From Verrucomicrobiota bacterium (lineage in GTDB: Bacteria > Verrucomicrobiota > Verrucomicrobiia > Opitutales > Cerasicoccaceae), in contig JBCBUK010000003.1 of NCBI GenBank assembly GCA_039818205.1, forward strand, positions 288,001-352,000: DNA of 64,000 nucleotides, read 5' to 3'. A model generated the notes under the pieces. The model was given only the letters and a program-made list of their open reading frames with translations. It was not told where the DNA came from and did no database searches. Shown piece after piece: positions 19,189-29,575 of this stretch (position 1 is its first letter; every line of letters starts with the position of its first letter). The translations under genes were made by a program, and so were the position numbers.

Positions 19189-21781
19189 TGACGTGATCGG
19201 CCCAGTCTTCAGCCAGGCAATGTGCCGATACGCATTTTTCCTCGTTTGCATACTGGCAAACTTACTGGCCGGCCCGCGAGCTCTGGCGCTTGTCACCTTC
19301 ACGGCCAACGACGAAATTTTAAAACTTTCGCGGGAGGAGGCAGCCAATGATCATCCCGTATCGGTTGAGGGCGTCGTAATCTACTATGCCCCGCACATTA
19401 TTGATGGCGATTATTGCTGGGGAGACGTCTTCCTGCACGATGGCGTTCGGCCGATCTACGTTAACCTGAAGGCGCCCGTACATGGGCTTTCGGTTGGGGA
19501 TCAGATCCGCGTAGATGGTGTAACGGGGCCAGGTAATTTTGCCCCAATTATCGAAGAGGTAACGGTTGCCATTTTAGGGAAAGGCATCATCCCTGAACCG
19601 GTTGAGGTCAATGTGTCTCGCGTGTTTAGTGGCCGATTCTCCGGGGAATGGGTTGCGCTGGATGCAACTGTTCGGATGGCAACCACCGATGGCTATTACC
19701 TGATTCTCGATATTGGCGATGGTTCAAATTTCGTCGATGCACTGGTTCCACAGTATACGTCGAGTGATGTTCCCGAGGGATTAATTGGATCTAAAATTCA
19801 CGTCCGTGGCGTCGTTAGCCAAGTGCTTAACCCACTGGGCCAAGTGATCAATGATCGCATCTGGATTCCAAATTTGGACTACATTTCGCAGGTCGAGCCG
19901 GCACCAGAGAAGGGACTTGAATTCGTCACCAAAAAGGTTAGCCAGCTCGGGCGCTACGATCCTGATCCATCGCCCAATGATTACGTTGAGCTTCGTGGCC
20001 AAGTGACTTATATGGACCGGTTTGGGCTGATTTATTTGCAGGATGATAGTGGTGGTGTGCGCGTCAAACCCATGAGTTCTCGGCAGAACATTGCAGTCGG
20101 TGACCACATTTCCGTGATCGGTATTCCCATGAAATCGGGCAACCGCATCTTGCTGGGAAATGCCGTCGTAACTTCAGTTGAGCGAGGCGAACTGGAAAAA
20201 CCGCCGATGCTTTCGCCACTCAAGAGCGTTGAGCTTTACCTGGATGCGCGTCGGATTTCGCTTGAAGGCAACGTCGTCGAATACGATCAAACTGAGGACG
20301 GAGTAATCATTCACATGAATGACAATGGATTGCCGATTGAAGCTTACCTTCGAACGGATAATCAGCGGGCGGCTATTAAGAAGGCGCGACCCGGTAACTA
20401 TGTCCGTGTTACTGGGATCAGCGAGATCGAGACCTTGGGCCACGACTCCGCTCAGATGGTTCTGCGATTAGCGTCTTTGAATGATATCCAGGTGATGGAA
20501 CGCGCGCCGTGGTGGAACGTTCGTCGCATGGCATATGTAGCGATGGGCGTTCTCACGATTGCGCTCCTTGCGTTTCTTTGGACCTTTACGCTAAAGCGAA
20601 AGATCGGCCTGCAAACGGAGGAGATTCGGCAGCGCCTTGAACGCGAGACCGACTTGGAGAACCGCTTGCGAGAGTTGTTCAATGGGATGCCCGATCCGCT
20701 TCTGCTCACCGACGAAGAAGGTCGAATCCAAGAAGCAAATCCGGCGGCAGCAAAATTTTATGACGTCTCACGCTCGGACCTAAAGTTAAAGCGCCTGCAC
20801 GATTTCGTTCCCCGGACGGACCAGACAAACTTCCAGGATTTCTTTCATGAACTGATGGCGGGCAAGCGAATGCACGGACAGCTTGAACATCGCAATGCCC
20901 AGGGACACTTGACTTCCGTGGAGTGGAATGCAAATCGCATCCTGGTCGACGGCAAGCAGCTCTTGTTGATCCAGGTTCGTGATCTGACTGAACGGCGTTC
21001 GCTTGAAGCCCAGCTCACGCATGCTCAGCGAATGGAAACCGTTGGGCGACTAGCATCGGGAATCGCCCACGATTTCAATAATCTACTCACGATTCTCCGA
21101 GGTGGAGTTGGTATGCTAGGCGATGATTTAGACCAAGAGTCTGAAGACGGTCGAATCGTACGCATGATGGACGACGCGGTGACGCAGGCCTCGAAACTCA
21201 CCCACAAATTGCTTACTTTCAGCCGCCGTGAGCCCTTGGTTAAATCGAATGTCAGTTTGAACGTAACAATTAGTGGAGTGGGTGCCCTGCTCGAGCGCGT
21301 GAAACCTGACAACGTCCGGCTGTTTACGAACCCGGAGCCGGACGTTCCTGATATCTTGGCTGACGGGAACATGCTCGAGCAAGTGATGCTTAATCTAGCG
21401 ATCAATGCCTTTGATGCGATGCCGGATGGCGGTAGTTTGGTCCTGAGTGCATCGTCAGTAGAAGTCGACGAAGAGCATGCCCAGCGCGAGAGTTATGCGC
21501 GAGTGGGCCGCTTCGTGGTGATCTCGGTCAAAGACGATGGGATCGGCATGGACGAACGGACCAGTGACCGCATCTTCGAGCCATTTTTCAGTACAAAAGA
21601 AGTCGGGAAGGGCACTGGGCTTGGGCTATCCATCGTCTATGGCGTCGTCAGCGAACATAGTGGTTGGATCGAGTTGGAGACCGCTCCGGGTGAGGGGAGC
21701 GAGTTTCGTTTATATTTCCCGGTGGATAGCGCCGATGAGGTGATTGAGGATCGGACCCGCGCTTACCGGTTGCATGGCTAG
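19175..21781 (+). CDS. Membrane sensor histidine kinase with extracellular beta-repeat region and PAS domain
   Basis: Signal/TM segments, two similar extracellular repeats, TM, PAS (EANPAA), GIAHDFNNLLT H-box, NLAINAFDAM, DDGIGMD, EPFFSTK, GTGLGL. Start may be 19220. Confidence 0.92.
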   Translation: MPRDNDVIGPVFSQAMCRYAFFLVCILANLLAGPRALALVTFTANDEILKLSREEAANDHPVSVEGVVIYYAPHIIDGDYCWGDVFLHDGVRPIYVNLKAPVHGLSVGDQIRVDGVTGPGNFAPIIEEVTVAILGKGIIPEPVEVNVSRVFSGRFSGEWVALDATVRMATTDGYYLILDIGDGSNFVDALVPQYTSSDVPEGLIGSKIHVRGVVSQVLNPLGQVINDRIWIPNLDYISQVEPAPEKGLEFVTKKVSQLGRYDPDPSPNDYVELRGQVTYMDRFGLIYLQDDSGGVRVKPMSSRQNIAVGDHISVIGIPMKSGNRILLGNAVVTSVERGELEKPPMLSPLKSVELYLDARRISLEGNVVEYDQTEDGVIIHMNDNGLPIEAYLRTDNQRAAIKKARPGNYVRVTGISEIETLGHDSAQMVLRLASLNDIQVMERAPWWNVRRMAYVAMGVLTIALLAFLWTFTLKRKIGLQTEEIRQRLERETDLENRLRELFNGMPDPLLLTDEEGRIQEANPAAAKFYDVSRSDLKLKRLHDFVPRTDQTNFQDFFHELMAGKRMHGQLEHRNAQGHLTSVEWNANRILVDGKQLLLIQVRDLTERRSLEAQLTHAQRMETVGRLASGIAHDFNNLLTILRGGVGMLGDDLDQESEDGRIVRMMDDAVTQASKLTHKLLTFSRREPLVKSNVSLNVTISGVGALLERVKPDNVRLFTNPEPDVPDILADGNMLEQVMLNLAINAFDAMPDGGSLVLSASSVEVDEEHAQRESYARVGRFVVISVKDDGIGMDERTSDRIFEPFFSTKEVGKGTGLGLSIVYGVVSEHSGWIELETAPGEGSEFRLYFPVDSADEVIEDRTRAYRLHG

Positions 21782-22434
21782 GTGGAGAATGCCGCCGCCA
21801 GGTAATCAATCAGCATTTTTCCCACTGCAGTTTTACTCGCCGGGCCAAGCACGTTGCGGGAACCATCGGCGCCAATAACGACCAGTGTATTGTCGTCTGC
21901 CTCGAAGGCATTGTTGCTTCCGCCGACTTGGTTGGCGCAGATGAAGTCCAAGTTTTTCTCGTTCAGCTTCCGCATCGCGTAGCCTTCGACGTCGTCGGTC
22001 TCAGCGGCAAAACCCACGACGACTTGCTGGTCCGACTTCGTTGCGGCAACGGTTTTTAGAATGTCAGTCGTCGGTTCAAACTCGACGGTCCATTGCATGT
22101 CGCCCTTCTTGACTTTGTGGTCGACGCATTGCTTTGGGCGCATGTCGCACACGGCCGCCGTTTTAATGAGCACGTCGCATTGCGAAAAACGGCGCTGCAC
22201 GGCGGCAAGCATCTCATCGCCGGTAACGACTTTTTCGCAGTCAACGCCTTCGGGTGCTGCTAGTGCAACTGGTCCAGTGACCAGCTCAACTTGCCAGCCT
22301 CGGTCACGGGCAGCTGCGGCAATGGCGAAACCCATCTTGCCGCTGGATGGGTTGGTGACAAAGCGAACCGGGTCCAACCATTCCCGGGTCGGGCCCGCCG
22401 TAATCAGACAGCGAATCGGTTGGGAAGCACTCAT
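21778..22434 (-). CDS. coaB: Phosphopantothenate-cysteine ligase (stand-alone CoaB domain)
   Basis: [46 protein letters not shown]. No CoaC flavoprotein domain upstream. Confidence 0.88.
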   Translation of the reverse strand: MSASQPIRCLITAGPTREWLDPVRFVTNPSSGKMGFAIAAAARDRGWQVELVTGPVALAAPEGVDCEKVVTGDEMLAAVQRRFSQCDVLIKTAAVCDMRPKQCVDHKVKKGDMQWTVEFEPTTDILKTVAATKSDQQVVVGFAAETDDVEGYAMRKLNEKNLDFICANQVGGSNNAFEADDNTLVVIGADGSRNVLGPASKTAVGKMLIDYLAAAFST

Positions 22435-22518
22435 AGGAACAAGATTTGCGGCCACCCTGGGCAAGGCAATGACTATTTCTGGTTTGACTAGGCCCGGCAC
22501 AAGGTCTTTCCCCAATGC

Positions 22519-23238
22519 ATGCCGCCACCAAAGCGCGAAAACCTTTTCCTCAACCTCGGCTTCAACCTTCTTTTGCCGGTCATCATCCTGAACAAGGGTG
22601 CGAAGCTCTTGCCGTTCCTGCCACCTGCGGGGGTCATGATCGTCGCGCTACTCTTTCCGGTGTGCTACTTTTTCTATGACCTCAAGACGCGCAAGAAATA
22701 CAACCTGCTCTCAATTCTTGGGATGGTTGGCGTCTTGTTGACGGGCAGCATTGGCTTGATGAAGCTTAGTCCCATGGTGTTTGCGATCAAGGAAACAGCG
22801 ATGCCGCTGTTGATCGGTGTGGCGGTTGTTGCCTCCTTGAAAACGAAAAACCCGCTTATTCACGCCATCCTCTACAACCCCGAGATATTCGACGCTGAAA
22901 AGATCGATTCGCGTCTGGATACGGCGGAGAAAAAAGGTGCCTTCGACAAGCTGATGGTCGCTTGTACGTGGATCATTGCAGCGTCGTTTCTTTTTAGTGC
23001 GATCCTCAATTTCTTCATCACTCGCATGATCGTGACCACGAATCCGAAGATCGATCAGGCCGCGTTTAATGCCGAGGTCGGCACCCAGTATTGGGTCAGC
23101 TTGATCGTGATCGGTATCTGCACCTTGCCAATCAGTTTGTTCGCAATGATCAAACTCTTCAAAGGCATCGAACGCCTCACTGACCTAAAAATGGAAGAAG
23201 TCCTCCACGACCAACAAGGCAAAGAGGAGAAGGCGTAA
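22519..23238 (+). CDS. Integral membrane protein, VC0807-like family
   Basis: [46 protein letters not shown]; multiple TM helices. Confidence 0.75.
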   Translation: MPPPKRENLFLNLGFNLLLPVIILNKGAKLLPFLPPAGVMIVALLFPVCYFFYDLKTRKKYNLLSILGMVGVLLTGSIGLMKLSPMVFAIKETAMPLLIGVAVVASLKTKNPLIHAILYNPEIFDAEKIDSRLDTAEKKGAFDKLMVACTWIIAASFLFSAILNFFITRMIVTTNPKIDQAAFNAEVGTQYWVSLIVIGICTLPISLFAMIKLFKGIERLTDLKMEEVLHDQQGKEEKA

Positions 23239-23239
23239 T

Positions 23240-23902
23240 GTGAAAACGAAAAAGGCTAGCCCCAGCTTCTGGTTGTATTGGATACCGTCGTTAATCGTCC
23301 TTGGCGGAATCTTGGTGCTGCTCGTTCCAACCTACAAGAGCATCATGATGAATATCTCCAGTTCGGCTGGTTCGATTGGCACGGACCAGTTGGATATGCT
23401 CGCCTTGATTGTGGTGCTTGCGCTTGGTTCTTTTCTCGCAATCAAAAATTATCAGCTCAGGGTGGGCCGATTGATGTCCTTTCTCGCGTTGTTTTCTTTC
23501 AGTATCTTGGTTATATCCGTTGTCGCGGTATTTGGATTCGGATTTACGGAAGGTTTCAGCAAGAAAGGTGGAAACCAACGCGTGGTAACTATTGAGGAGG
23601 ACTATCTCTACATTCTCGAGTTTCCTGGGTCGGATTTTGGAGTTATCGTTAGAAGCTCAGAGCAGGATTATTCGGTGAATGCTGGAACCAGTAAGAAATC
23701 GTTCAGCGTAGATTCTTACAACGGCAAACTAGGTTACTCCTTTATTGAGTATCGAGCTGACGGACGTCTATTTGTTTGGGATCGTGACGGTGATGCTCTG
23801 CCAGATATTCGAACCCGAACCTACTCGGACGGTAGGGAAAGGATCTTTGAAGATTCCGAGATCAACTGGGTTCCGAGAGTGCGCAAAGATTCGGAAAAAT
23901 AG
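23240..23902 (+). CDS. Hypothetical membrane protein
   Basis: 220-aa ORF with three N-terminal TM segments and a soluble C-terminus (DRDGDALPD); adjoins the previous gene. Confidence 0.65.
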   Translation: MKTKKASPSFWLYWIPSLIVLGGILVLLVPTYKSIMMNISSSAGSIGTDQLDMLALIVVLALGSFLAIKNYQLRVGRLMSFLALFSFSILVISVVAVFGFGFTEGFSKKGGNQRVVTIEEDYLYILEFPGSDFGVIVRSSEQDYSVNAGTSKKSFSVDSYNGKLGYSFIEYRADGRLFVWDRDGDALPDIRTRTYSDGRERIFEDSEINWVPRVRKDSEK

Positions 23903-23910
23903 TCAGCCCA

Positions 23911-24918
23911 TCAACCCCCAGCCACTTCTTTAGCGAAGTAGGTGAGGATCATGTCGGCGCCGGCGCGTTTGATGGCGAGTAAGGCTTCGTCTCGGGTGCG
24001 TTCGTAGTCGAGCCAGCCAAGCTGGGACGCGGCGTGGATCTGCGAGTATTCGCCCGAGACCTGATAAGCGGCGACTGGTAGGTCGGTGCGTTGGCGCAGG
24101 TCGCGAATAATATCCAGGTATGCGCCGGCCGGTTTCACCATGAGCACATCGGCTCCCTCGGCCTCATCGAGTTCGGTTTCGATCCGAGCCGCCCGCCGAT
24201 TCGCCGGATCGCACTGGTAGGTCTGCTTGCCGAGCAAGTGCGTTCCCGCGGCTTGCGCACTGCCAACCGCGTCACGGAAGGGGCCGTAAAAGGCGCTGTT
24301 GAACTTCGCGGAGTAGGCCATGATGGCGGTGCCCGAGAGACCCGACTCATCGAGTGCGCTTCGAATCGCGCCAACGCGGCCATCCATCATGTCCGACGGG
24401 GCCACGAAGTCTGCGCCAGCGTCCGCGTTGAGCACGGCCATGCGTGCAAGAATCTCCACGGTTATATCGTTATCGACGTCCTGCTTGTCCTCGGTCAAGA
24501 CGCCGTCGTGCCCGTGATCGGTGTAAGGGTCAAGCGCGACATCCGTGATAAGCGCCAGCCCCGGGACGGCGGCTTTCACCGCGCGGACCGCCCGCAAAAT
24601 CAAGGTTTCGGGATTGAGTGCTTCAACGCCGTTTTCCGTCTTTAGAGATGGATCGAGTTTGGGAAATACCGCAACAGCCGGAATCCCGAGGTCAGCCAGC
24701 AGGCGGCACTCCTCGACGAGCTTTGAAATTGTCAGGCGACTCTGGCCAGGCATCGACGCGATGGGCTCCGACTCGCCCTCGCCGTCGATCACGAATAGGG
24801 GCTGAATCAAATCTTCGGTGCGAACCGCATTCTCGCGCACCAAACGGCGGATTGCTTCGGTCCGGCGGTGTCGCCGGGGACGATACGGAATATTCAGGCG
24901 GATCGGACTGTCGCTCAT
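23911..24918 (-). CDS. hemB: Porphobilinogen synthase (ALA dehydratase)
   Basis: RPRRHR, DVALDPYTDHGHDG, APSDMMDGR, YSAKF, MVKPA, AYQVSGEY. Confidence 0.98.
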   Translation of the reverse strand: MSDSPIRLNIPYRPRRHRRTEAIRRLVRENAVRTEDLIQPLFVIDGEGESEPIASMPGQSRLTISKLVEECRLLADLGIPAVAVFPKLDPSLKTENGVEALNPETLILRAVRAVKAAVPGLALITDVALDPYTDHGHDGVLTEDKQDVDNDITVEILARMAVLNADAGADFVAPSDMMDGRVGAIRSALDESGLSGTAIMAYSAKFNSAFYGPFRDAVGSAQAAGTHLLGKQTYQCDPANRRAARIETELDEAEGADVLMVKPAGAYLDIIRDLRQRTDLPVAAYQVSGEYSQIHAASQLGWLDYERTRDEALLAIKRAGADMILTYFAKEVAGG

Positions 24919-25165
24919 ACGGCCTAATCTACGTCCCAACCCTCACTTGGCCAGCCCAAGGTTCTGGTCGGTCACTTCTTTCTTTGAGCATGTCAGCGTT
25001 GAGATATTGGAACACAGTCGGCTGGTCGGATTCATGGTTTGGGTGCCGCGACACGCTTCCAAGCTTCCTTTGGCATACGTCATTGGCGTATCATTGGATC
25101 CAACCACTGGTTGGATTTAGGGTTTGAAACGTGGCGAAAATCGATTGTGCTCATTCCTCTTAATT

Positions 25166-26656
25166 ATGTCAGTAACGCTTCACGACACGCTCAGCCGCAC
25201 CTCTAAAACGCTCGCTCCATCGGACGGTCAGACTTACCGTTTCTACTGCTGTGGGCCGACCGTGTATGGCCCGGCGCACATCGGCAATTTCCGCGCGTTC
25301 ATCGTGCAGGACCTCTTGCGCCGCGTGTTGGAAACCGACTTTCTGGCCCACGCCGATCCCAATGCCGAGCCCGTGGCCATGAAGCACGTCCGCAATATCA
25401 CCGATGTGGACGACAAGACAATCCGCCAAAGCCAGGTCGAAGGGAAAACGCTGAAGGACTTCACCGTTTATTGGACGGAGAAGTTTCACGCCGATTGTGA
25501 AGCGCTCAATTTGCGAGTGCCCCATATCGAGCCTCGCGCGACCGACCACATTGCCGAGCAAGTCGAAATGGTCGAGCGTCTACTCAACAAGGGATTTGCC
25601 TACGTGGGCGGTGATGGCTCCGTGTATTTCAAAGTTTCCCAATGTGAGCACTATGGCGAACTCGCTCACCTCGATCCGGATGAGTTGCAAACCCAGAGTG
25701 CCAATAGCGCTGGGGAGGCCAATGACGCGGATGAATACGACCGCGACTCAGTGAGTGATTTTGCCCTGTGGAAGGCCCGTAAGCCCGAGGATGGCGAAAA
25801 CGTCTGGACAGGTCCAAAGGATCCGGCGACCGGTGAAACCATTGATGGGCGCCCAGGCTGGCACCTGGAGTGTAGCGCGATGAGCACCGCCTATCTTGGC
25901 GAGTCATTCGACCTTCACGGGGGCGGAGTCGACCTCTGCTTCCCCCACCACGAGAACGAAATTGCCCAAAGCGAGTGCGCCAGCAATGTCCGCCCATTCT
26001 GCCATCACTGGTTTCATAACGCCCACCTGATGGTCGAAGGCAAAAAGATGTCGAAGAGTCTCGGTAATCTCTACACCTTGGACCAGCTGGCTGAAAAGGG
26101 TCACCGTCCGAACGTCGTCCGCTATGCCCTGATCAACGGCCACTATCGCCAGCAATTGAATTTCACGTTCAACGGATTGCAGGCTGCCGCCAGTGCCTTG
26201 GGCAAACTCGAAAAGGCTCTAAAGCCGATTCTCGAGCACATCGGTATGACCCCCGACGAGTTTCACGAGCTTTGCGGCGAACCGAGCTCGCTCGCCACGA
26301 CCGGCATGTTTGTGCGTGCTTGGGAGAGTTTGTGCGATGACCTCAATGTTCCGGGTGCTTTCGGTGAGATCTTCAGCAACATTGGCGAACTCAATGACCC
26401 CGCCTATGATAAGTCTGCCGTAAGTGGACAGGTTCGGGCGCTAGCGGGCTTACTGTACTGCATGGGCCTCGTCTTGTTCGAAGTCGAGGAGACCCAGGTG
26501 GACGCGCCGGAAAATGTTGTTCAGTTGGCCGCCCAACGTTGGGAGGCAAAAACGCAGCGAGATTTTGCGACGGCCGATGCCTTGCGCGCGGAGATCAAGG
26601 CCGCCGGTTGGGAAGTGTTGGACAGCAAAGACGGCTACGAACTAACGCCCGTCTGA
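25166..26656 (+). CDS. cysS: Cysteine--tRNA ligase
   Basis: YCCGPTVY, HIGN, NITDVDDK, GRPGWHLECS, FPHHENE, KMSKS. Confidence 0.98.
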   Translation: MSVTLHDTLSRTSKTLAPSDGQTYRFYCCGPTVYGPAHIGNFRAFIVQDLLRRVLETDFLAHADPNAEPVAMKHVRNITDVDDKTIRQSQVEGKTLKDFTVYWTEKFHADCEALNLRVPHIEPRATDHIAEQVEMVERLLNKGFAYVGGDGSVYFKVSQCEHYGELAHLDPDELQTQSANSAGEANDADEYDRDSVSDFALWKARKPEDGENVWTGPKDPATGETIDGRPGWHLECSAMSTAYLGESFDLHGGGVDLCFPHHENEIAQSECASNVRPFCHHWFHNAHLMVEGKKMSKSLGNLYTLDQLAEKGHRPNVVRYALINGHYRQQLNFTFNGLQAAASALGKLEKALKPILEHIGMTPDEFHELCGEPSSLATTGMFVRAWESLCDDLNVPGAFGEIFSNIGELNDPAYDKSAVSGQVRALAGLLYCMGLVLFEVEETQVDAPENVVQLAAQRWEAKTQRDFATADALRAEIKAAGWEVLDSKDGYELTPV

Positions 26657-27003
26657 ATCTTGTCGAGGTAGGCGTCGAGTTCTTCCGAGCTGGAGAAAAC
26701 CTCTTTGATTGGAATCGCTTTTACGATTTCGAACACTTTGGCCACCTGGGGGCTGGGATTGGCGAAAACCACCTTGCCTTCACGGTGAGCAAATTCCCGC
26801 CGGGCGAGCGCGAATGCCCGCAAGCCAGCACTGGAGACGTAGTGTAAGTCTTTTAAATCGATGGCCAGGTATTTGACCGATTTGTCGACCTCACGCTTCA
26901 AAAACTCCTCGAACTGAGGCGACGTGTTGGTATCAAGGCTTCCGTTGAGGAATACCGTTACGCGGTTTTGATTGCCCGTCAGGGCGTCTATTTGAAGACT
27001 CAT
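26635..27003 (-). CDS. STAS-domain anti-anti-sigma factor
   Basis: LNGSLDT, IDLKDLHYVSSAGLR, PQVAKVFEI. Overlaps the cysS 3' end by 22 nt. Confidence 0.88.
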   Translation of the reverse strand: MSLQIDALTGNQNRVTVFLNGSLDTNTSPQFEEFLKREVDKSVKYLAIDLKDLHYVSSAGLRAFALARREFAHREGKVVFANPSPQVAKVFEIVKAIPIKEVFSSSEELDAYLDKIQTGVSS

Positions 27004-27004
27004 G

Positions 27005-27442
27005 TCAAGTAGTAGGATTGATCGACGGTAAGAGAACCTTTAAGTGGTTTTTATTCCCGCGTCGATTGTATTCTATCGATTGCGCAATTTGCTCGACGAT
27101 AAAGAAGCCGAACCCACCCTCTATCCGCTCCTCATCGTCGGCGTCCAGGTCGGGGGATTCGATCGAGGATAACGGATTGAATTCCTTTCCGGTATCGGTG
27201 ATTTCCAGTGTGATGGTGCCAGAATTCTGGCGGCAGCAGATCTCAATGGGTGCCCCATCCGCTGGCACTCCACTGTGCTGGATAGCGTTCACCAGGAGTT
27301 CTTCGGAAACCAAGAGAGCATCGAGGATGAGTTCGTTGGGCACACTCAAAGTCTCCAGGAATTGCCTAAGGTCGCTTTTCACTTGGAGGAGGGCAGATTT
27401 CTGGGCGGGAAGAGTAGTGCGCCAGCTCGGCTCTTCGGTCAT
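27005..27442 (-). CDS. Anti-sigma factor / serine kinase (RsbW-like HATPase)
   Basis: EELLVNAIQHS N-box, ITDTGKEFNPL G1, GGFGFFIV G2. Confidence 0.87.
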   Translation of the reverse strand: MTEEPSWRTTLPAQKSALLQVKSDLRQFLETLSVPNELILDALLVSEELLVNAIQHSGVPADGAPIEICCRQNSGTITLEITDTGKEFNPLSSIESPDLDADDEERIEGGFGFFIVEQIAQSIEYNRRGNKNHLKVLLPSINPTT

Positions 27443-27625
27443 GCCAAAATCCCCTACTTGGGCTTTGGGTTTTTGGCAAGCACTGAGCACCGATGTCGCA
27501 GACCGTCTGGGACTTATTGATTAGTGATGGTCGATAATAGTTAATTTTCTAAGTCTAAATAGGGTCAAACAGGCTCAGTGATGGATTGCACTTTCCTGGG
27601 CTGTAGTATTTTATCTCGGGTCCAA

Positions 27626-28426
27626 ATGGAACTTAGGCAACTTCCCGCTGGTGCTATTGTGTTTCGTCAGGGCGAGTATTCGCAGGACGTTTATCGTATT
27701 GTGTCTGGAAAAGCTGTGGTCAGCATCAGTCACGATGAAGGCCAGGAGATCACCTTGGCTGAATTGGGGGCAGACGACATATTTGGCGAGATGGCCATGA
27801 TCGACGAAAGTCCCCGGTCGGCGACAATAAAGGTCACCGAAGATGCTGAGCTCGAGGTCATGGAGCCCTATGACTTTACGGATATGTTTTTCAGCAATCC
27901 GACTGCGCTGGCGCCCTATTTGACCTGTCTGATCGATCGCTTGCGGACGAGCAACGAGAAGGTCAACGACCTTACCGAAGAGGTGGCGCGCTTGAAAAAT
28001 GGCAAGACTCCGACTCGGGCTCCCCTCAGGCGGAATCCAGGCACCGTATTTGGGCATGGGTTGGTGATTACGCCGAAGACCCAACTCGCCAAAAAGACAA
28101 TCTTTCAACCAAAAGTCTCGGTCACGAAATTTCCCTACCGGATTGGTCGCTCAGGCAGCTCGCAGGGGATTGATCTCTTGCAGAAGAATGACCTCTCGCT
28201 GGTCAACGTCGATCCCAGTCAGGTCGCCAAGAGCCACATCTCGATCGAGAGCGAGAACGAGTCCCTCTGGGTTCGGGATCGCAAGACCCGGCGTGGCACG
28301 ATTGTTAATGGCAAGAAGCTGCATCAGGACGATGGCAACTTAGTCTGCCGCCTGACCCATAAGGTCAACGAGATCATCTTGGGTGACGAAAACAGCCCGG
28401 CCGTCTACGAGTTGCGCTTGGTTTAA
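27626..28426 (+). CDS. Cyclic-nucleotide-binding domain plus FHA domain protein
   Basis: VFRQGE...FGEMAMIDESPRSATI (cNMP cassette), coiled linker, IGR...KSH...GTIVNG (FHA). Confidence 0.85.
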   Translation: MELRQLPAGAIVFRQGEYSQDVYRIVSGKAVVSISHDEGQEITLAELGADDIFGEMAMIDESPRSATIKVTEDAELEVMEPYDFTDMFFSNPTALAPYLTCLIDRLRTSNEKVNDLTEEVARLKNGKTPTRAPLRRNPGTVFGHGLVITPKTQLAKKTIFQPKVSVTKFPYRIGRSGSSQGIDLLQKNDLSLVNVDPSQVAKSHISIESENESLWVRDRKTRRGTIVNGKKLHQDDGNLVCRLTHKVNEIILGDENSPAVYELRLV

Positions 28427-28480
28427 CGCTTGCGGCATCGAGCGATCTCAACATGGTTTTGAGATCAAACTATTGCTGCA

Positions 28481-29557
28481 ATGTCGAGTTCTGTACCACA
28501 CCGAGTCGAAGATATTACCAATGAATGGCTGACAGCAATCCTCCGGGATTCGGGCGCCGTTCAATCAAGTCAGGTTGTGAGTAACACAACCAAAATTCTC
28601 GGCCAAGACATCGGTTTTCTAAGCGTGGTCGCCAAAGTGTCACTCGAGTATGATCAAGCGGAGGAGGGTGCGCCTGCGTCCATCGTCATAAAATTCGAGA
28701 CGCTGCATCCTGAGCGCCGAGGCATCGCGATCGAGCAGCAGGCATTCGAGCGAGAGATCCGCTTCTACCGCGAGGTCGCTCCCGAAGTGGAAGCGCGCCT
28801 GCCCAAGATGTATTACACCTGTTGCGAGCCGCCACACTTCCTTCTTGTGATGGAAGACCTCTCGTATTGCACGCCAGGGGATCAGGTCGTGGGCATGCCC
28901 ATGGAACTGGTTGCAACGTCGGTTCGCCAAATGGCCCAGGTGCATGCAGCTTTCTGGGATAATGATCGACTCAATGCCTTGGACTGGATGCCCGAGACCA
29001 ACAACATCGAGGCGAATTTCGATGAGAATTGGGACTCGTTTGAAGAGCACTTCGGTAAATTTACGACCGAGGAGGGTTTGGCCCTTGGTCGCAGCATGAA
29101 GCCCCACGTGGAGTGGATTTTCAATGAGATTGCCCATCGCCCCAAGACGATTACGCATAATGATCTGCGGGAGGATAATTTGCTCTTTGGCGAGCCTGGA
29201 AGCCCTGACGAGGTAATCATCTTGGATTGGCAATTGGCCACCCGGAGTATGGGCGTGTTCGACGTATCACGTCTCATGGCAGGCAGTGCGCTCCCGGACC
29301 AACGCCGCGGGCACGAGATCGAGATTCTCCGCGTCTGGCACAACACGCTCGTCGAGAACGGCGTTGAGGATTATTATTGGGAAGAAGCACTCTACGATCT
29401 TCGCCTCGCGCTCCTGCAGGGCCTTACCTATCCGATTCATTTTCATCGAGCCTTTATCGGTGAGACGGGCCGCTCCGCCGAGCTTTCCGAAGCTATTGTC
29501 CGTCGCCACTTCGCCTCGGCCATTGATCTCCAAGCCGACGTTGCGCTGCCGAAGTAG
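28481..29557 (+). CDS. Phosphotransferase of the APH/choline-kinase/ecdysteroid-kinase fold
   Basis: REIRFY, LVMEDL, THNDLREDNLLF (Brenner motif), ILDWQ. Confidence 0.85.
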   Translation: MSSSVPHRVEDITNEWLTAILRDSGAVQSSQVVSNTTKILGQDIGFLSVVAKVSLEYDQAEEGAPASIVIKFETLHPERRGIAIEQQAFEREIRFYREVAPEVEARLPKMYYTCCEPPHFLLVMEDLSYCTPGDQVVGMPMELVATSVRQMAQVHAAFWDNDRLNALDWMPETNNIEANFDENWDSFEEHFGKFTTEEGLALGRSMKPHVEWIFNEIAHRPKTITHNDLREDNLLFGEPGSPDEVIILDWQLATRSMGVFDVSRLMAGSALPDQRRGHEIEILRVWHNTLVENGVEDYYWEEALYDLRLALLQGLTYPIHFHRAFIGETGRSAELSEAIVRRHFASAIDLQADVALPK

Positions 29558-29575
29558 GGGCAAATTATATTAGAT

